The notes under the pieces: generated by a model
What the model was told of the DNA's origin: nothing
Seen by the model: the letters and a program-made list of their open reading frames with translations, nothing else
Databases searched by the model: none
From: Bigelowiella natans CCMP2755
Lineage: Eukaryota; Protista; Cercozoa
DNA: 46,940 nt
NCBI GenBank assembly: GCA_000320545.1
Contig: ADNK01001333.1
Coordinates: 1 to 46,940 of the forward strand
Reading direction: 5' to 3'
In this document: piece by piece, positions 1-12,355 of the stretch
Position numbering within the stretch: position 1 is the stretch's first letter
How the letters are laid out: each line of letters starts with the position of its first letter
Made by a program: the position numbers and the translations under genes

Positions 1-245
1 CACACATATATATACATAATATATATTCATGAGCACTATCACGATTCACCTCCCTCCTCCCCAGCATGTACATCAAATGTACAAGCATCATCTTTCCCCA
101 TCAGCCCATTAAGATTGGACAGCAACGTTAGGAGGGTTGGTGTTCCTGAATGGGGGTGGTGGTAGTAGTAGTATTAGTAGTGGTAGTGGGATAAGGACCA
201 GTAGCATAGTATTTGGGGGGAGGGGGGGGGGAGGAGGAGTAATGC

Positions 246-280
<35 letters not shown>

Positions 281-481
281 TAACATAAATATATGTTAAT
301 ATTTGACAGGCAAGAGAAAGGACCTGATCCATCCGTTCCCCCCACGATGATGGGAGGCTCGTTGGAGATGTCCACAGGTGGCAAAAGGTTCTTCACCCCT
401 ACAAGCTGTGCAGCTGAGATCCCACCCACATCACCTGGGCTCACCTGATCATTAACGTAATCCTCCCTTACATACAATACG

Positions 482-527
<46 letters not shown>

Positions 528-1399
528 ATGTGTGTGTGTGTGTGTTGTGTGTGTAAGTGCGCGCGCGCGCGTATGATGCATTTCTAAATTATCAGGAAGA
601 GTATTATGTCATCTTAAATGGACGAAATGCAAAGTTCCTCAGCAGCTTCAGAAGTAAGTTGTGTTGTAGCTACCACTCGGTATAACACAACGCCTTTCTC
701 TGCTTTGGCCACATTGTTCGTCGTTTTTCCTCCTCCTCCTTTTCCTCCTCCTTCTCCTCCTCCTCCTTGCGAGGATGTTACTGGGGCAATTTGGGAGTAG
801 AAATGCGCCACGTGCGACCCCCCGCTCCTTTTCTCCATTACAAAGCCAGCACCTGTTAAGCCACCAATAGCGGACAAGTAGTAAGTAGTAGTAGTAGTAG
901 TAGTAGTAGTAATAATAGTAGCTCTTTCTTAAGGTTTTCCTTACAAACCGAGTATGTGTGAGTGTGAGTGTGATTGTGAGTGTGAGTGTGTGCCTTGCGC
1001 TTTGTGCGTGTCTTCGTCATCTGTTTGCCTTCTTCTGTCTTCCAAATCTTATCCACAACTTCACCCCCTCTCCCCTCCCCTCCCCCCATCTATGGTCTTC
1101 TGTGACTTTCCCCCCATTCGTCCCCACCCCCCCTACCCCTTTCCTGGTAGACGACATACATTGTCCTTGAAGCGTGGTTTCACATATTAATTTGGCGCTG
1201 TCAGGGTTTGTTACGACTTGATTGCTCACTTCGGTGTCCACGCACGTTAGTCCTGGTGATATCATATAATTGATGCTGATTGATGGCTGGCTGCCGCAGT
1301 GATGAAGAGCAAAATGGTGAATGGGGTCACCTTTGTACTCTCTATAGGCTCGGACAAACAACGACAGCTGCAAACCCCTTTTCCCTGAGAAAGGAAAAG

Positions 1400-1443
<44 letters not shown>

Positions 1444-1536
1444 TTTTCGGGTAGGAAGTTGATAAAACTATGTTACGAGCAAGATCATCAAGTTTGGGAA
1501 AAGCCTTCTGTGCTCTCTCTCTCTCTCTCTCTCTCT

Positions 1537-1579
<43 letters not shown>

Positions 1580-3467
1580 ATGTAAACGATTGCCGTTCTT
1601 TTGCGCAGATGATCGAGTAGGAGTAATCCAGCTTGAATCTACTTTCACATTTCTTCTTTTCCTCCTCAAATCGCCCTCTCACTTATCCCCCCCTCTTCGC
1701 TCACGTCATACTCGAGTTTCGCTCGCGTGTAGAGGACTTGAGGTAGGCCTGCCCTTGTGCCTCACTCCTACGAGCGATAGAAAGGGGGGGGGTGAGAAGG
1801 AGACAGTAGACGACATGGATGCTACTTCTGTTACTACTGCTACTTCATCATTAACAATAGCTCATGAACTACTAGATTGTGATCTGTGATTCGATCAATA
1901 GATACAGACACATGTTATGGTGGAAATGGAGAGCAGATCATGCCTCGCTAGTTGTCATCAACACACACACACACACATGCACACATGCACACACACCATA
2001 CGACGCCTTGGCATCTTGGATTGACATAGCACTGTGACAGAGCCATCTCCTTGTCTGCAATTGCTTCTAAGTCGCTTCCTATTGGAGAAGGGTGGGGTAG
2101 AAAGCTGAGCTATTGAATTGTTTGAAATCGGTAGAAGTAGTAGTAGTAGTAGTAGTAGTGGTAGAGCATTGTAGTATTGGGTTGCGGGATAACAACCGGT
2201 TATGTCCAAGCCCTCCAGAATCTGATTGCGTTCATATTGGTGGTGATTAGCAACAGCGTGCCCCATTTCGGCGGGAAAAACACATTTTGTGAAAAAATGG
2301 AGAGACGATAGGAAGCCTTTTTGGGGAGTAGTAGATATCACCACAACCTCGCCACCACTACGACCACCGCCACCACCACCACAACTGCCGTCACAGCTGC
2401 AAGTTCCACCACCAATTGTATCTGACCTCCCACTCCATCATTCCTTTTTTATAAAATGTTCTGTCGGATGCTCCCGATGATGATGATAACCTATTTTTAG
2501 GCCATCAAAACAAAACAAAACAAAACAAAAAAATCAAAACAAAGGCTGCTTTTCAGCGGGGCAGCAACTTTTACAAAATATTTACAAGTTGCCCTGATGT
2601 AACCCGATCATCCCTCTTATTTCCGCTGCTTTGAGCTGCAAAGCATACAGTATGTCTCTATTCTTTTGTATGAACGAAGAACTTTGCAGCATATCATCAT
2701 CATCACCATCATCATCATAATCATCATCGGGTGACCAGTTGGAACCCCATCGATCCGGTTTATCTCGAAGAACCATGGAAGATGTGGAGGGGGGAGAGGA
2801 GGAGGAGGCGGGGGGGGGGGAGGAGGATGTCGCCGACAGTAGTGATTTCGATGATGACGTAATGGAGGAGGATGAGAAGGAGGATGAGAGCGAAGCTGAG
2901 AGATTTCCCAACAATAACCTCTTAATCGTCGCACGAGGATTGTGTATCATGTTTTCATTCGGTCTATAGTCTGACCCATACCTGTCGGTGAAGATTGAAA
3001 ACTAACAATGTGATCCATTACCAGGCAGGGAAAATAAAGATTGCATTTATTAACCAACCACCTACCTTCGTAAATCAAGGAAGACGAAGGCGACAACGGA
3101 CAAAAGCCATGCTAGAGCCATCACTGCCAGGCTCACTCGCAGGCAGATATATGGGCATAGAGAAGTCAAATCTGAACGAGCAGACACAGCATTAAGAGCT
3201 CCGCCTTTTAGAAAGTTGCCATTACATCCGAAACAAGAAGAAGAAGCAAGCCATCGATGATCTAAAACACAGCTTCCAAGAAATAAATGAAGTCGAGCAG
3301 CGCCATGGGTAACCTCGGCTTCCTCCTCGGGAGGCCTGGTGATGAGCCCTCCTTGGAAAAGATACGTGTCGCCTCTTCTTGGTGGGCATGGAGGTCGTTA
3401 CGCCATCATCACGGTCCTCATTTCTGCGTGTTCGAGATGAGGGAAAGAAAGTTTTTTTTAAACCCAT
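1..3467 (-). CDS. Multi-exon type II membrane protein with a putative sulfotransferase-family (P-loop) domain; 3' end runs off the window
   Basis: The first exon starts MGLKKTFF at 3467. A TM exon (~3065-3175) reads SLAVMALAWLLSVVAFVFL, followed by a Ser/Asp-rich stem in the frame of ORF 2582-2950. The exon ending ~322 (PPIIVGGTDGS) joins in phase 1 to the exon starting ~147, giving PPIIVGGTDGSGTPTLLTLLSNLNGLMGKDDACTFDVHAGEEG, which resembles a sulfotransferase 5'-PSB loop. Middle exons are only partly resolved. Confidence 0.5.
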
Positions 3468-3728
3468 AAAACATCTAAGATTTTCCCAATAATGGGGAAC
3501 GACGCCGACGTATTGATACCAAAAGACCGCAGGTTCGCAGACAAATAGACTTGTCCCTTAATACGGAGTACATCTTAAATATTTAAACTAATATAACAAG
3601 AGAAATAAAGCGGCCATCGATCGAACCACTAGGCATAACGAGACAGGAGGGCGAAATCTCCAACCGTGTTAAGGCAAACAGTGCCGCACACTGCCCGGAG
3701 CTGTTGCACCTCGAAGAACTCTTGGGAG

Positions 3729-4393
3729 ATGTTTGCTACATCGCGACCAATCACGTTTGGCGCCCTTCCTTTGGTCGTCGTCATGGCGTTCCCTCTTTTA
3801 GCAGCGTCTCAGTGTAGTAGCTGGTCCAATGAGCTTCGATACTCAAGATTGCCAACCTCCGCCAGTGCTTTAGGAGAGATGAGTTTTGATTCACTGGCGG
3901 AAGCCAAAGCTGCTTGCGAAGAGGTTGAGTCATAAGTAATAATAGTGGGAGACGTGCTTTAAATCAACCTTCGACAATCATGATTCAGGACACAACGTGC
4001 CACGGAATTACGAAGGTAGGTGGCGATAAACCATACACCTTGCGCGGGAAAGGAACGATTGCAATATCGTTCAATGGCGAAAGCTCGTGGATCAAAACTT
4101 GCGCTGCTGAGCATTCTTCCAGTGAGGCGGGAATAGGGCTGAACATACACCAACCCAAAAGTCCACACTACCTCGCCATTCTCATCCTTGTACCATCTCT
4201 TCTGCTTGCAGTAAGTTGCACGATGGTGCACAATCACACAAGAAATTGGGGGCAGTATGCGTGGATTTGGCTGAGATATTGTCAATCTTTCTCCCTGATC
4301 CCTTTCAAATTTGGATTCCATTGTGGTAAAAACTTTATCACAGGCTACAGGTTAGACATTTTTTCTGTCCTCCCTCACCAGCTGCTAATTTAA
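3729..4393 (+). CDS. Signal-peptide/single-TM protein with a small Cys-containing extracellular module (PAN/apple-like); 3' end uncertain
   Basis: ATG 3729 begins MFATSRPITFGALPLVVVMAFPLLAAS (signal-like). A phase-0 intron 3924-3988 (GT..CAG) gives FDSLAEAKAACEEDTTCHGITKVGGDKPYTLRGKGTIAISFNGESSWIKTC, then TM-like YLAILILVPSLLLAVSC. Confidence 0.55.
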
Positions 4394-4499
4394 ACATCAT
4401 TTATACTAGGAAGAGAATGGATGAGGGCAACCCGGACTCACCATTTGATCTAGATAGTGGTGGATGATGATTCTCGTCTATCCTTGACTTAGAAATCTT

Positions 4500-5090
4500 C
4501 AATATTGTAGCCAAACACATGGTGTGCCAGCAAGGGGCATTCATCTACACCAACTCATTCGATCGGCTCATCGTGACCCTGTGTCATACGCTATGTGATG
4601 ATAATAGATGCAAAAGATTTGCGAACACTACGTGTAATTTGATCTAGCAGACATGTGTACGTACACGCACAGATAGCATTGCTTCGCTAGCTTGGCGCAA
4701 GTAGGTAACCATGGCCGGCGCCGCCTAATACGTGTGTTCTATGCACATGCATGTACACGACACAACACACACAAACACACAAAGTCGTTGCTACTACTCG
4801 GCACGATTGAACACAGCTAGTATTTAATGCATCACATATGGCACGCGGGATGGCAAACGGCTCGAATGTGTACTATGTTTTTCTTGCTTTGTATATTTGC
4901 TAAGATGTGATCTTAGCAAAGGCTTCGACTATTATATGCACTATCTAGATACTAGGCTTATTAGCATGGACGGGCATTGCATCAATATCTCATATGAAAT
5001 TTCCACTTGCTTGCTAACAACAACTGGCGCGTTTTTGCTCTTTTTCGACTTCTAACTGAGCAGCTTTACAATCAACCCCCTGCTATTACA
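4500..5090. other. Convergent (tail-to-tail) intergenic spacer rich in CTAG/CATG/TGCA/GTAC palindromes
   Basis: e.g. gatctagcagacatgtgtacgtacac, gcttcgctagcttgg, atgcacatgcatgtac; no coding signal. Confidence 0.6.
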
Positions 5091-5092
5091 TA

Positions 5093-6368
5093 TCAGAAAC
5101 AAACAGACACAACATCAGCGCTGTAGCCATAGCATTGCACAGCTACGTTAGGATGACCATTGAAAAAAATATATATATATTATTTCGTTACATCCGTCTA
5201 ATGTAGGAAAGTACTGTGTAAAATTTTTTAGGAAAGAGCATGCGGAGATGCCAAGATAAATTAGTACCTTTTCTGCCCCTGCTATTTCTTTTAACCTGTT
5301 GAATCATCAAAGTTGATAGAGCACTCATAAAAGAAAATTAGTTAATTAATACCTCTTTGAACACGCGTACGACGCAGCCGTATTGAAAGCTTTCTCCACG
5401 TTGAAATGTGATTTTGCACTCGTTTCTTCACACAAATTTCAAATGAGTGAAATCATTCGTTCCCAATTCAGAAAAGGAAGCATTACCTATGTACGACATT
5501 CCACTATTATCTGCGAATCTTTTTGCTGTTTCAAAGGGGACTTTTCTCTCTAAGTAGAGATCAACTTTGTTGCCTGGAAACATCCAACATCTCAGTTATT
5601 TGTTTCTCAGCAATTTTGGAATTTGTTACCAATCAATATTACGTCAACGTCGGGTTTTGCATATGAGCGGACATCTTCAAGCCATAGTTCCACATTGCTG
5701 CAATGCATCATACATTCCGAATCAATAATAACGCGCGCACGTAAACCAGATCTGGCTTACTCGAAAGACGTGCTGTCTGATATGTCGAATACCACCAAAA
5801 TGGCATCACAAGATCGATAGTAAGAGGTTGTTATTGTCCGGAATCTGCATCGTTATTCTCAATATGGTGAGATTGTATATTTCACGAATACAATATTGAT
5901 CAAGACCTCTCTTGGCCCGCAGTATCCCATATTTGTAGATTTACCTAACACTTTATTTCAGAGACCTGCTGCTATGAAATGAACTTCTTCACACCTTTTT
6001 GCCTCCAACAGTCGTCTGTTTCATCTCGAAATCCACTCCAATCGTGGAAACATATCCCTCCGTAAATTCCTTTCCCTTCACAAAAACACTTGGTCAGCCA
6101 TTGCTGAGTTTCTACAAGACAACTTACCATAAAGCTTTTCAGCAAGCAGGATTTTCCAACCCCTGCAAGGTATCAAATTCACACTGAACATATATTGTGC
6201 ATAGAAGTTGCATTTGCGTATGCTAGGAAAGGGACGCACCGGAATCGCCAAGGAGAATTATCTTCAGATGGAAATCGCTGTCAAGGAAGAGGGTTAACAA
6301 ATAAGAATATAATGTCGTATGACGGGATTGCATTACAAGTCCGGTTCCACCAAGCTGGGAAAATGCAT
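5093..6368 (-). CDS. Rab-family small GTPase, divergent Rab1-like, split over many short exons
   Basis: Spliced reconstruction: MHFPSLVEPDFDFHLKIILLGDSGVGKSCLLKSFMGKEFTEGYVSTIGVDFEMKQTTVGGKKVNLQIWDTAGQERFRTITTSYYRSCDAILVVFDISDSTSFENVELWLEDVRSYAKPDVDVILIGNKVDLYLERKVPFETAKRFADNSGMSYIETSAKSHFNVEKAF. All G1-G5 and RabF motifs are present. The exact N- and C-terminal exons are less certain. Confidence 0.92.
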
Positions 6369-6878
6369 CTCCTTTCAAGACCTACTACGTAGACACTTTG
6401 TCAGCTAGGTTGAGATGAACACAGTGCCACAGCGACGAAAAGGGTTGCAACAACTGGGGCACATGGTAACACTTTCATCCAAGCGCACCCACCCACAAAA
6501 TCCAACAGCAACGTTGATATAGTACAGCGTTGTATTGGGCACAGGAGCAACTAGTTGGAGTCTCCCTCTGCTGCTTTAGGTGGCGGCGATGAGTGGAGAG
6601 CTGGAGATCAGTTGTGTGCACTATTCGGACATTGATTGTTGCCTTTGTTGGGGTCGCTTCCCGAGTACGTCTTCTTTTCCAACGAAAACAAAGCCGACAA
6701 CACCTTACCAGCTTTTCCATCTGAAATTGTACAACATTATTATATGGCGACATGCTCGATTTCATGTCGTCTCCTTGGTTTGAGAAGAGAAGCGGATTCT
6801 AAAATCCAAGCGTGTGTTCGCGAGCGTGTGTGTTCAAACTCAAATCAATCATCCTCAAAGCTCGAAGGACTGCACAAG

Positions 6879-7481
6879 ATGGATTCGGACTCAAAGCTTC
6901 TCCTAAAAGCGGCCGAGGATTACTTCGCGGCCTGGAATTCAAAAGACCTCAAGAAGCTTGAGAATTGCTTTGTGGCTGAGAAAGCTGTTCTGAGGGACTG
7001 GGATATCAGCGTCGAAGGTGGTATCAACGTAATGTGAAGGGAGATGGATGGCACGTAATGATTGAATGGCCGTCAATAGGAACAAGTAAGGTTGTGGAGG
7101 CGAACGGAAATATCTTCAAAGCAGTCCCAAAGATCGCGATCGAAGTTGTCAAAGTCCATCCATGCGTATGGTAACACAATTTAACAAAATGCAAGGGGTT
7201 ACGTGAGATGCGAAATATAGCAATGACCACGAACTCAAGGATATGTTTGTGATATTTATAAGCACTTGTTCGGCTTCTTGTGAAATTCTCGTCAAACTCA
7301 ATAACGATAAGAACGAGGTTCTGAAGGTACGTGCATTAGTAATATAGCATGACATTCAATAAGCACCACTACTCTCGGTCAAAGGTGATTATGCGACTAT
7401 GTACATAAATCATAGGTGGTTGATGTCATTGATTTCGACAAAGATTACAAGATCAAAGCTCTTCGAGCTTACAAAGGATGA
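6879..7481 (+). CDS. SnoaL-like / NTF2-fold small protein (4 exons)
   Basis: MDSDSKLLLKAAEDYFAAWNSKDLKKLENCFVAEKAVLRDWDISVEG|GTSKVVEANGNIFKAVPKIAIEVVKVHPC..|SASCEILVKLNNDKNEVLK|VVDVIDFDKDYKIKALRAYKG*. YFxAWN, LRDW and VVDVIxF..IxALRAYKG are typical of bacterial NTF2/SnoaL-like proteins. Confidence 0.8.
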
Positions 7482-7499
7482 ACACTAATCCTGGGATAA

Positions 7500-8340
7500 T
7501 TTCGGCATTCAGGATTACATTATTCACCCGCATTTAAGCACAATAAAAGTGTTTTGGTAGATAGGGCCTGAATGTCACAATAAGCATCTGCATCAAGTAG
7601 CATTCATCATGCTGACTATAGCTGCACCGCGCAATAACAAGTCTAGATAGATGTGTCTAGGTACAACTGGTGCGTGCGCAATGCATGCAAAGTAACCATC
7701 TATCATACATGCAGCACTAGAGCATGCACACTGATTATGACATCACTGCTGAGCGCGTTTTGCAATGCGAGTGAGCGTGCACACGTCCGCAAGCAAGCTT
7801 TCGGCTTTCGAACAAAGTTGGTCTATCTATATTATTGTAAGCGCACAGCATCTGCCCATCTAGCCATGCACGCCCTGTCTTGAGGTGTATTATGTAGTCC
7901 ACTACGTACGACTACATAAGGGCGACCATTGCTAGTATTGAACAAATTCAATTGATTAATTACATCCGTCTTACGTACGACATGCTAGCATGTCTAGCTA
8001 CAGCTAGCAGCGTGCAGTCAAACAATGGGATCGATATATCGAAAAAGCACGTATGGACAGCGCATCTATCTTCACGCGGCGCCTGTGTGCACCTCGTCTA
8101 ATATAAGCATGTACATTGATATCTATCTGTGTTGCGCAATGATCAAGCTAGCATCCGATATGTGGTGAGCAGAATGTAAGAAACACAGCAGATATACATC
8201 CTACTACATCACGCGCAGCATTTCCATCTCTACTCCTAACATGTTGCACACCCTGCGTCTATACGTCCACGCACTAATTCGCAGCCCCCCAAGCCCCATT
8301 TTATTAGCTTGGCCGCGAAGCCATATACATAGCGGGTGAT
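7500..8340. other. Convergent intergenic spacer with palindrome-rich signature
   Basis: e.g. catgctagcatgtctagctacagctagcagc, gcactagagcatgcac, actacgtacgactac. Confidence 0.6.
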
Positions 8341-8347
8341 TCCATGT

Positions 8348-8823
8348 CTATTGGGGTGGTACAGGTGGAGGGGTGAAGTAGTTGTTGAAGATCTTGATCT
8401 GATCCATGTTAGTGAGCACACGCGTTCCAAGCAGGGGGATAGGGCTTTCCTGCAGAATCTGAACCCCTTGCATAGGGGAGAAGGGCCTGCTTGCAGCAAC
8501 ATCATCACCGCCTCGTTTCTTCGTTGCATCATGTCCCCGCTCACTGTTTCCATTTCTACCCTCCCCATTTACGCCGTCATTGCCATTGCTGCCTAAGCGA
8601 GCCTTCGAACCTGGAATTACCAACAGATGAACCCCAAAAAGAGTAATATTGTATGGACAATAATGTGTATCAGGTATGCGTAGTATTGTGCACTACAGTT
8701 TACATGTGAGACGGGGAGGGGGGACAACTAGCATGTGATACCGCATATTGATGATGTATATATGAAAATGTAATGTGGGCATGAGCATAAGTGTGTTTGT
8801 GTGTGTTTGTTGATAATATTTAT

Positions 8824-8886
<63 letters not shown>

Positions 8887-9804
8887 ATATTCGCACATGC
8901 CAATCGCGTCGTCCTGATGCACCATGCTTACACACACCTTCCCGCATCTTCTCCGACATCAGTCTTAGCTCCTTTAGCGTGCCACTGGCGTCTTTCTGCT
9001 TCTTCTTGCTGATGGCCGTCTTCTTGCCTGCCCGGCGGATCTTCTCTTCCCTCCCCTCCTCCTCTTTCCGAGCAGCATCTGCTAATGCTGCTGCTGCTGC
9101 TGCGGGTTTCACAATTCTACTCTTTCTCATGAGATTGATCGTCATCCGGCGATACCTCACAGCCTCGCTCACCGCTCTGTTTGATCGAATTCCTCCTGCT
9201 GTCGGCTTGGACGAGGAGGTGGAGGAGGGGGGGGGGGGACCATTGCTGTTGTTGCTGCCGCTGCTGCAAGGAATGGCGGAGGAAGACGACTGCTGCTGGT
9301 TATTCTTCTCTTCAAGGGTTGCACAACTTCTTCTTCTTCTTCTTCTACTACTACTACTTGCAGTTTCGACCCTTGCAGCTTGGTTGTAGAGCTGCAGGAT
9401 GTAATGGAGGCCGATCTGGAGACTTGTCACGAGGTACCCAAGATGCCTACAACATTAGTAATAGTAGTCGTATGTAATAGTAGTAAGTAGTAATGAGAAC
9501 AATTGTTGTTAGTACTGCTATTATAAAATGCAGCATAATTAATCAGTGTGCGGGGGGCATCGTAGCAACCACCGCCTACTGTTCGTTGTGGCCGCTGCGA
9601 ATCGCCCCCCCCACGTAAATTCGTAGCAGCGTGATGCTTGGTCCTGCTACAACTGTGTCGCACCACCACCCACAGGATGGATGCACATCATTGCTATCTA
9701 AGTGGAAACATCTACTACTACTGACGACCACTGCTACTACTACTACTACTACTACGAATCTTACTACTCGTTTGGAAGTACTAGGCTTCTGGAAGGCCAC
9801 CACC

Positions 9805-9836
<32 letters not shown>

Positions 9837-10535
9837 CAACAACAACAGCAGCAAAATGCTGATGGCAAGTATTTGTACCCCAGGAGAGCGTCCTGTGACA
9901 AAAATTCGGTGAGGAAGTGGGTCTCAGAGAACAGGGACGGCGTGTCGCTCCGCACGATGATGTAGCAAAGCATTGGCATAACATCGTCCGCCGAAAGACT
10001 CTGAGCAAGTTAATTGTGCTGATGGTGACGCTGATCACGATGACGACGATGATGACGTGTGAGGACAACGATGGGAAAATTGTAATCATAATGATGATGG
10101 CGATGAGGAGGAGGCGAGGAGGAGAGGCGGAGGGCTACAACACCTAGACACATTTGTGCACTATGGAGAAGATGACTACCATCACCACTATTGTTGATAT
10201 CTCGCAATGAGAGAGGTGAAGGCAAGAGAAGAAGAAGCATCAATAAAAGCCATATCCATCTATGATTCAAGATCGAGCAAGGATACACTAGCTGGTATAT
10301 GCTGTATGTTGTCTATATGTATTATAATGGATTATCCCCCATATCCGCCCCCCCCCCCCTCCCCCCCCCCCCTGCTCTTGCTACTAACCAGCGACTTGTT
10401 GAGGTTGTTCCTGCGGTTGCTATTCTGGATGCCGGTCTCTGCACACGTAACGAGCTTCTTGTGTAAGGCGTCCAGCAGCCTCAACTTCGAGGTCACATCC
10501 CGCTCAATAATTATGGAAGGCAGCAACTGCGATGG

Positions 10536-10576
<41 letters not shown>

Positions 10577-10958
10577 GTGATGGTGGTGATGATGATGATG
10601 ATAATGGGGAGAGGAAACAGAATCATTGACAGCAACCACTACTACCTCTATAGGTCCGTCTTTTCCTTCAAAAACTACGCCCCCCGTGCCCGCACCTGCT
10701 TGCGTATAATCATTAGAACTATTAGGGTGTTGCTTCTAGTGCTCTGTTCGGTATCACCACCACCATCATCATTATCATCATCATCATTTTCATCATGATC
10801 TTCAACTTCTTCTTCTTCTTCCTACTATTTTTCGCTACATATCATCACAACCATCCTCAGTGGAAGCTGCCATTAGCAAGCTGCACCCCATTTCTTCCAG
10901 CGAAAGCTCACGAAGCCATAAACACGCTGGGTTAATACACAACAGTAGCGGCAGCAGC

Positions 10959-10989
<31 letters not shown>

Positions 10990-11362
10990 ATTTTAGTAGA
11001 TGATGATGGGATTTATTTCTCATCAAAGAACTGAAGATATTAAGGATTATGAAATTGCACGCAAATATACTCTCCTCATCACGGAAAAGACTGTATTCGT
11101 ATTCATCCTCCAACCCCCTCCCCCCCCCCCTACTACTACTGCTACTATCACCTCCATAAAAGCTAATATCACTGTCGTGATTGTAGCTGAGAAAGAGAGT
11201 ATGCACTCTGCCGTATATCCTCTTGAATAACGTTTGCTCTACTAAGCACGAGACCTGATAACGACAGCAAGATACGCAGAGTAAGAAAAGAGAGATGAGA
11301 GCTCACTAATAGGTATCTGCGAATATACTGATATATATGTTTATCAATATGTATAAATGTAA

Positions 11363-11430
<68 letters not shown>

Positions 11431-11955
11431 CGTGCAGTAATGAGCACCTTCTCCTCATGTCCGAGTGCGAGTTTGTATATCACCATCACCTGACAAACAC
11501 GTGGTAGGCACATGTCAACCACAGGAGGAGTAGTGAAAGGGAAGAACAGGAGGGAACGATGACGTATTTGATGACTTAAGAAACGAAGAAATAATGATGT
11601 TAAGTTAATGATGGCGAATACTCTCTCTCTTTCTCTCTCTCTCTCTATTCTCCTGCTTGGGCATATATTGGATGCACGAATCTCCTCTCATCTTGTTGCT
11701 ACTACTGTTACTACTCTCTACTACTACTACTACTACTACTACTACTAATATTAATAATACCGTCGTAACCATGCGGCTCATAAACGTCTTGATCTCGCTG
11801 CTCACCTCCATGATACTGTGGACAAGTTGTTGTTGTTGTTATAGTTATTATTATTGTTGTTGTTGTTGTTGTTGTTTTAAACGTACAGGAGGAAGAAATA
11901 GGAAGGAAAAGGTGCAAGAAGGAGAAAGTGATAACGATATCTATATATATATATG

Positions 11956-11993
<38 letters not shown>

Positions 11994-12290
11994 TATTTGA
12001 GTCAATACTTTCCCCACATAATCAAAATTTAGTGGATTGAACGTCTGAATTAGTGCAAATACTGTTGCTTGAGTTCCTGCCGATTTACACTTGTGTTGTC
12101 ACGCTGGTCCGTCGCATTGACGATCTTATCGTGATACGGTGTTACTTTCTCCAAAATGTGCAGCGAAAATCGCCTCATCATTCGCCCCAGAGGATGTCGG
12201 TTGTCCTGTGTGATGACGAGCAATTCCACGCACATCATGTAATCGTCATAATGAAATCGAGCGTATGTCTCTTTCTCAATCAGCTGTCGG

Positions 12291-12355
<65 letters not shown>

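Noticed and set aside
1470-1889. Many listed ORFs with YIYIYI, CVCVCV, SLSLSL, THTHTH or poly-L/M/V runs (here and throughout)
   Set aside because: They are translations of intronic microsatellites or antisense frames of real exons, with no family motifs.
6636-6878. Open frame upstream of the SnoaL ATG with an F-box-like string (LPAFPSEIVQH)
   Set aside because: It has no ATG start, the similarity is weak, and it lies in the divergent promoter/5' UTR region.
8236-8568. Cys-containing frame (CKGFRFCRKAL) as a Vps39-type C-terminal zinc finger
   Set aside because: Cys spacing does not fit, and the phase-1 acceptor favours the frame ending at 8348.
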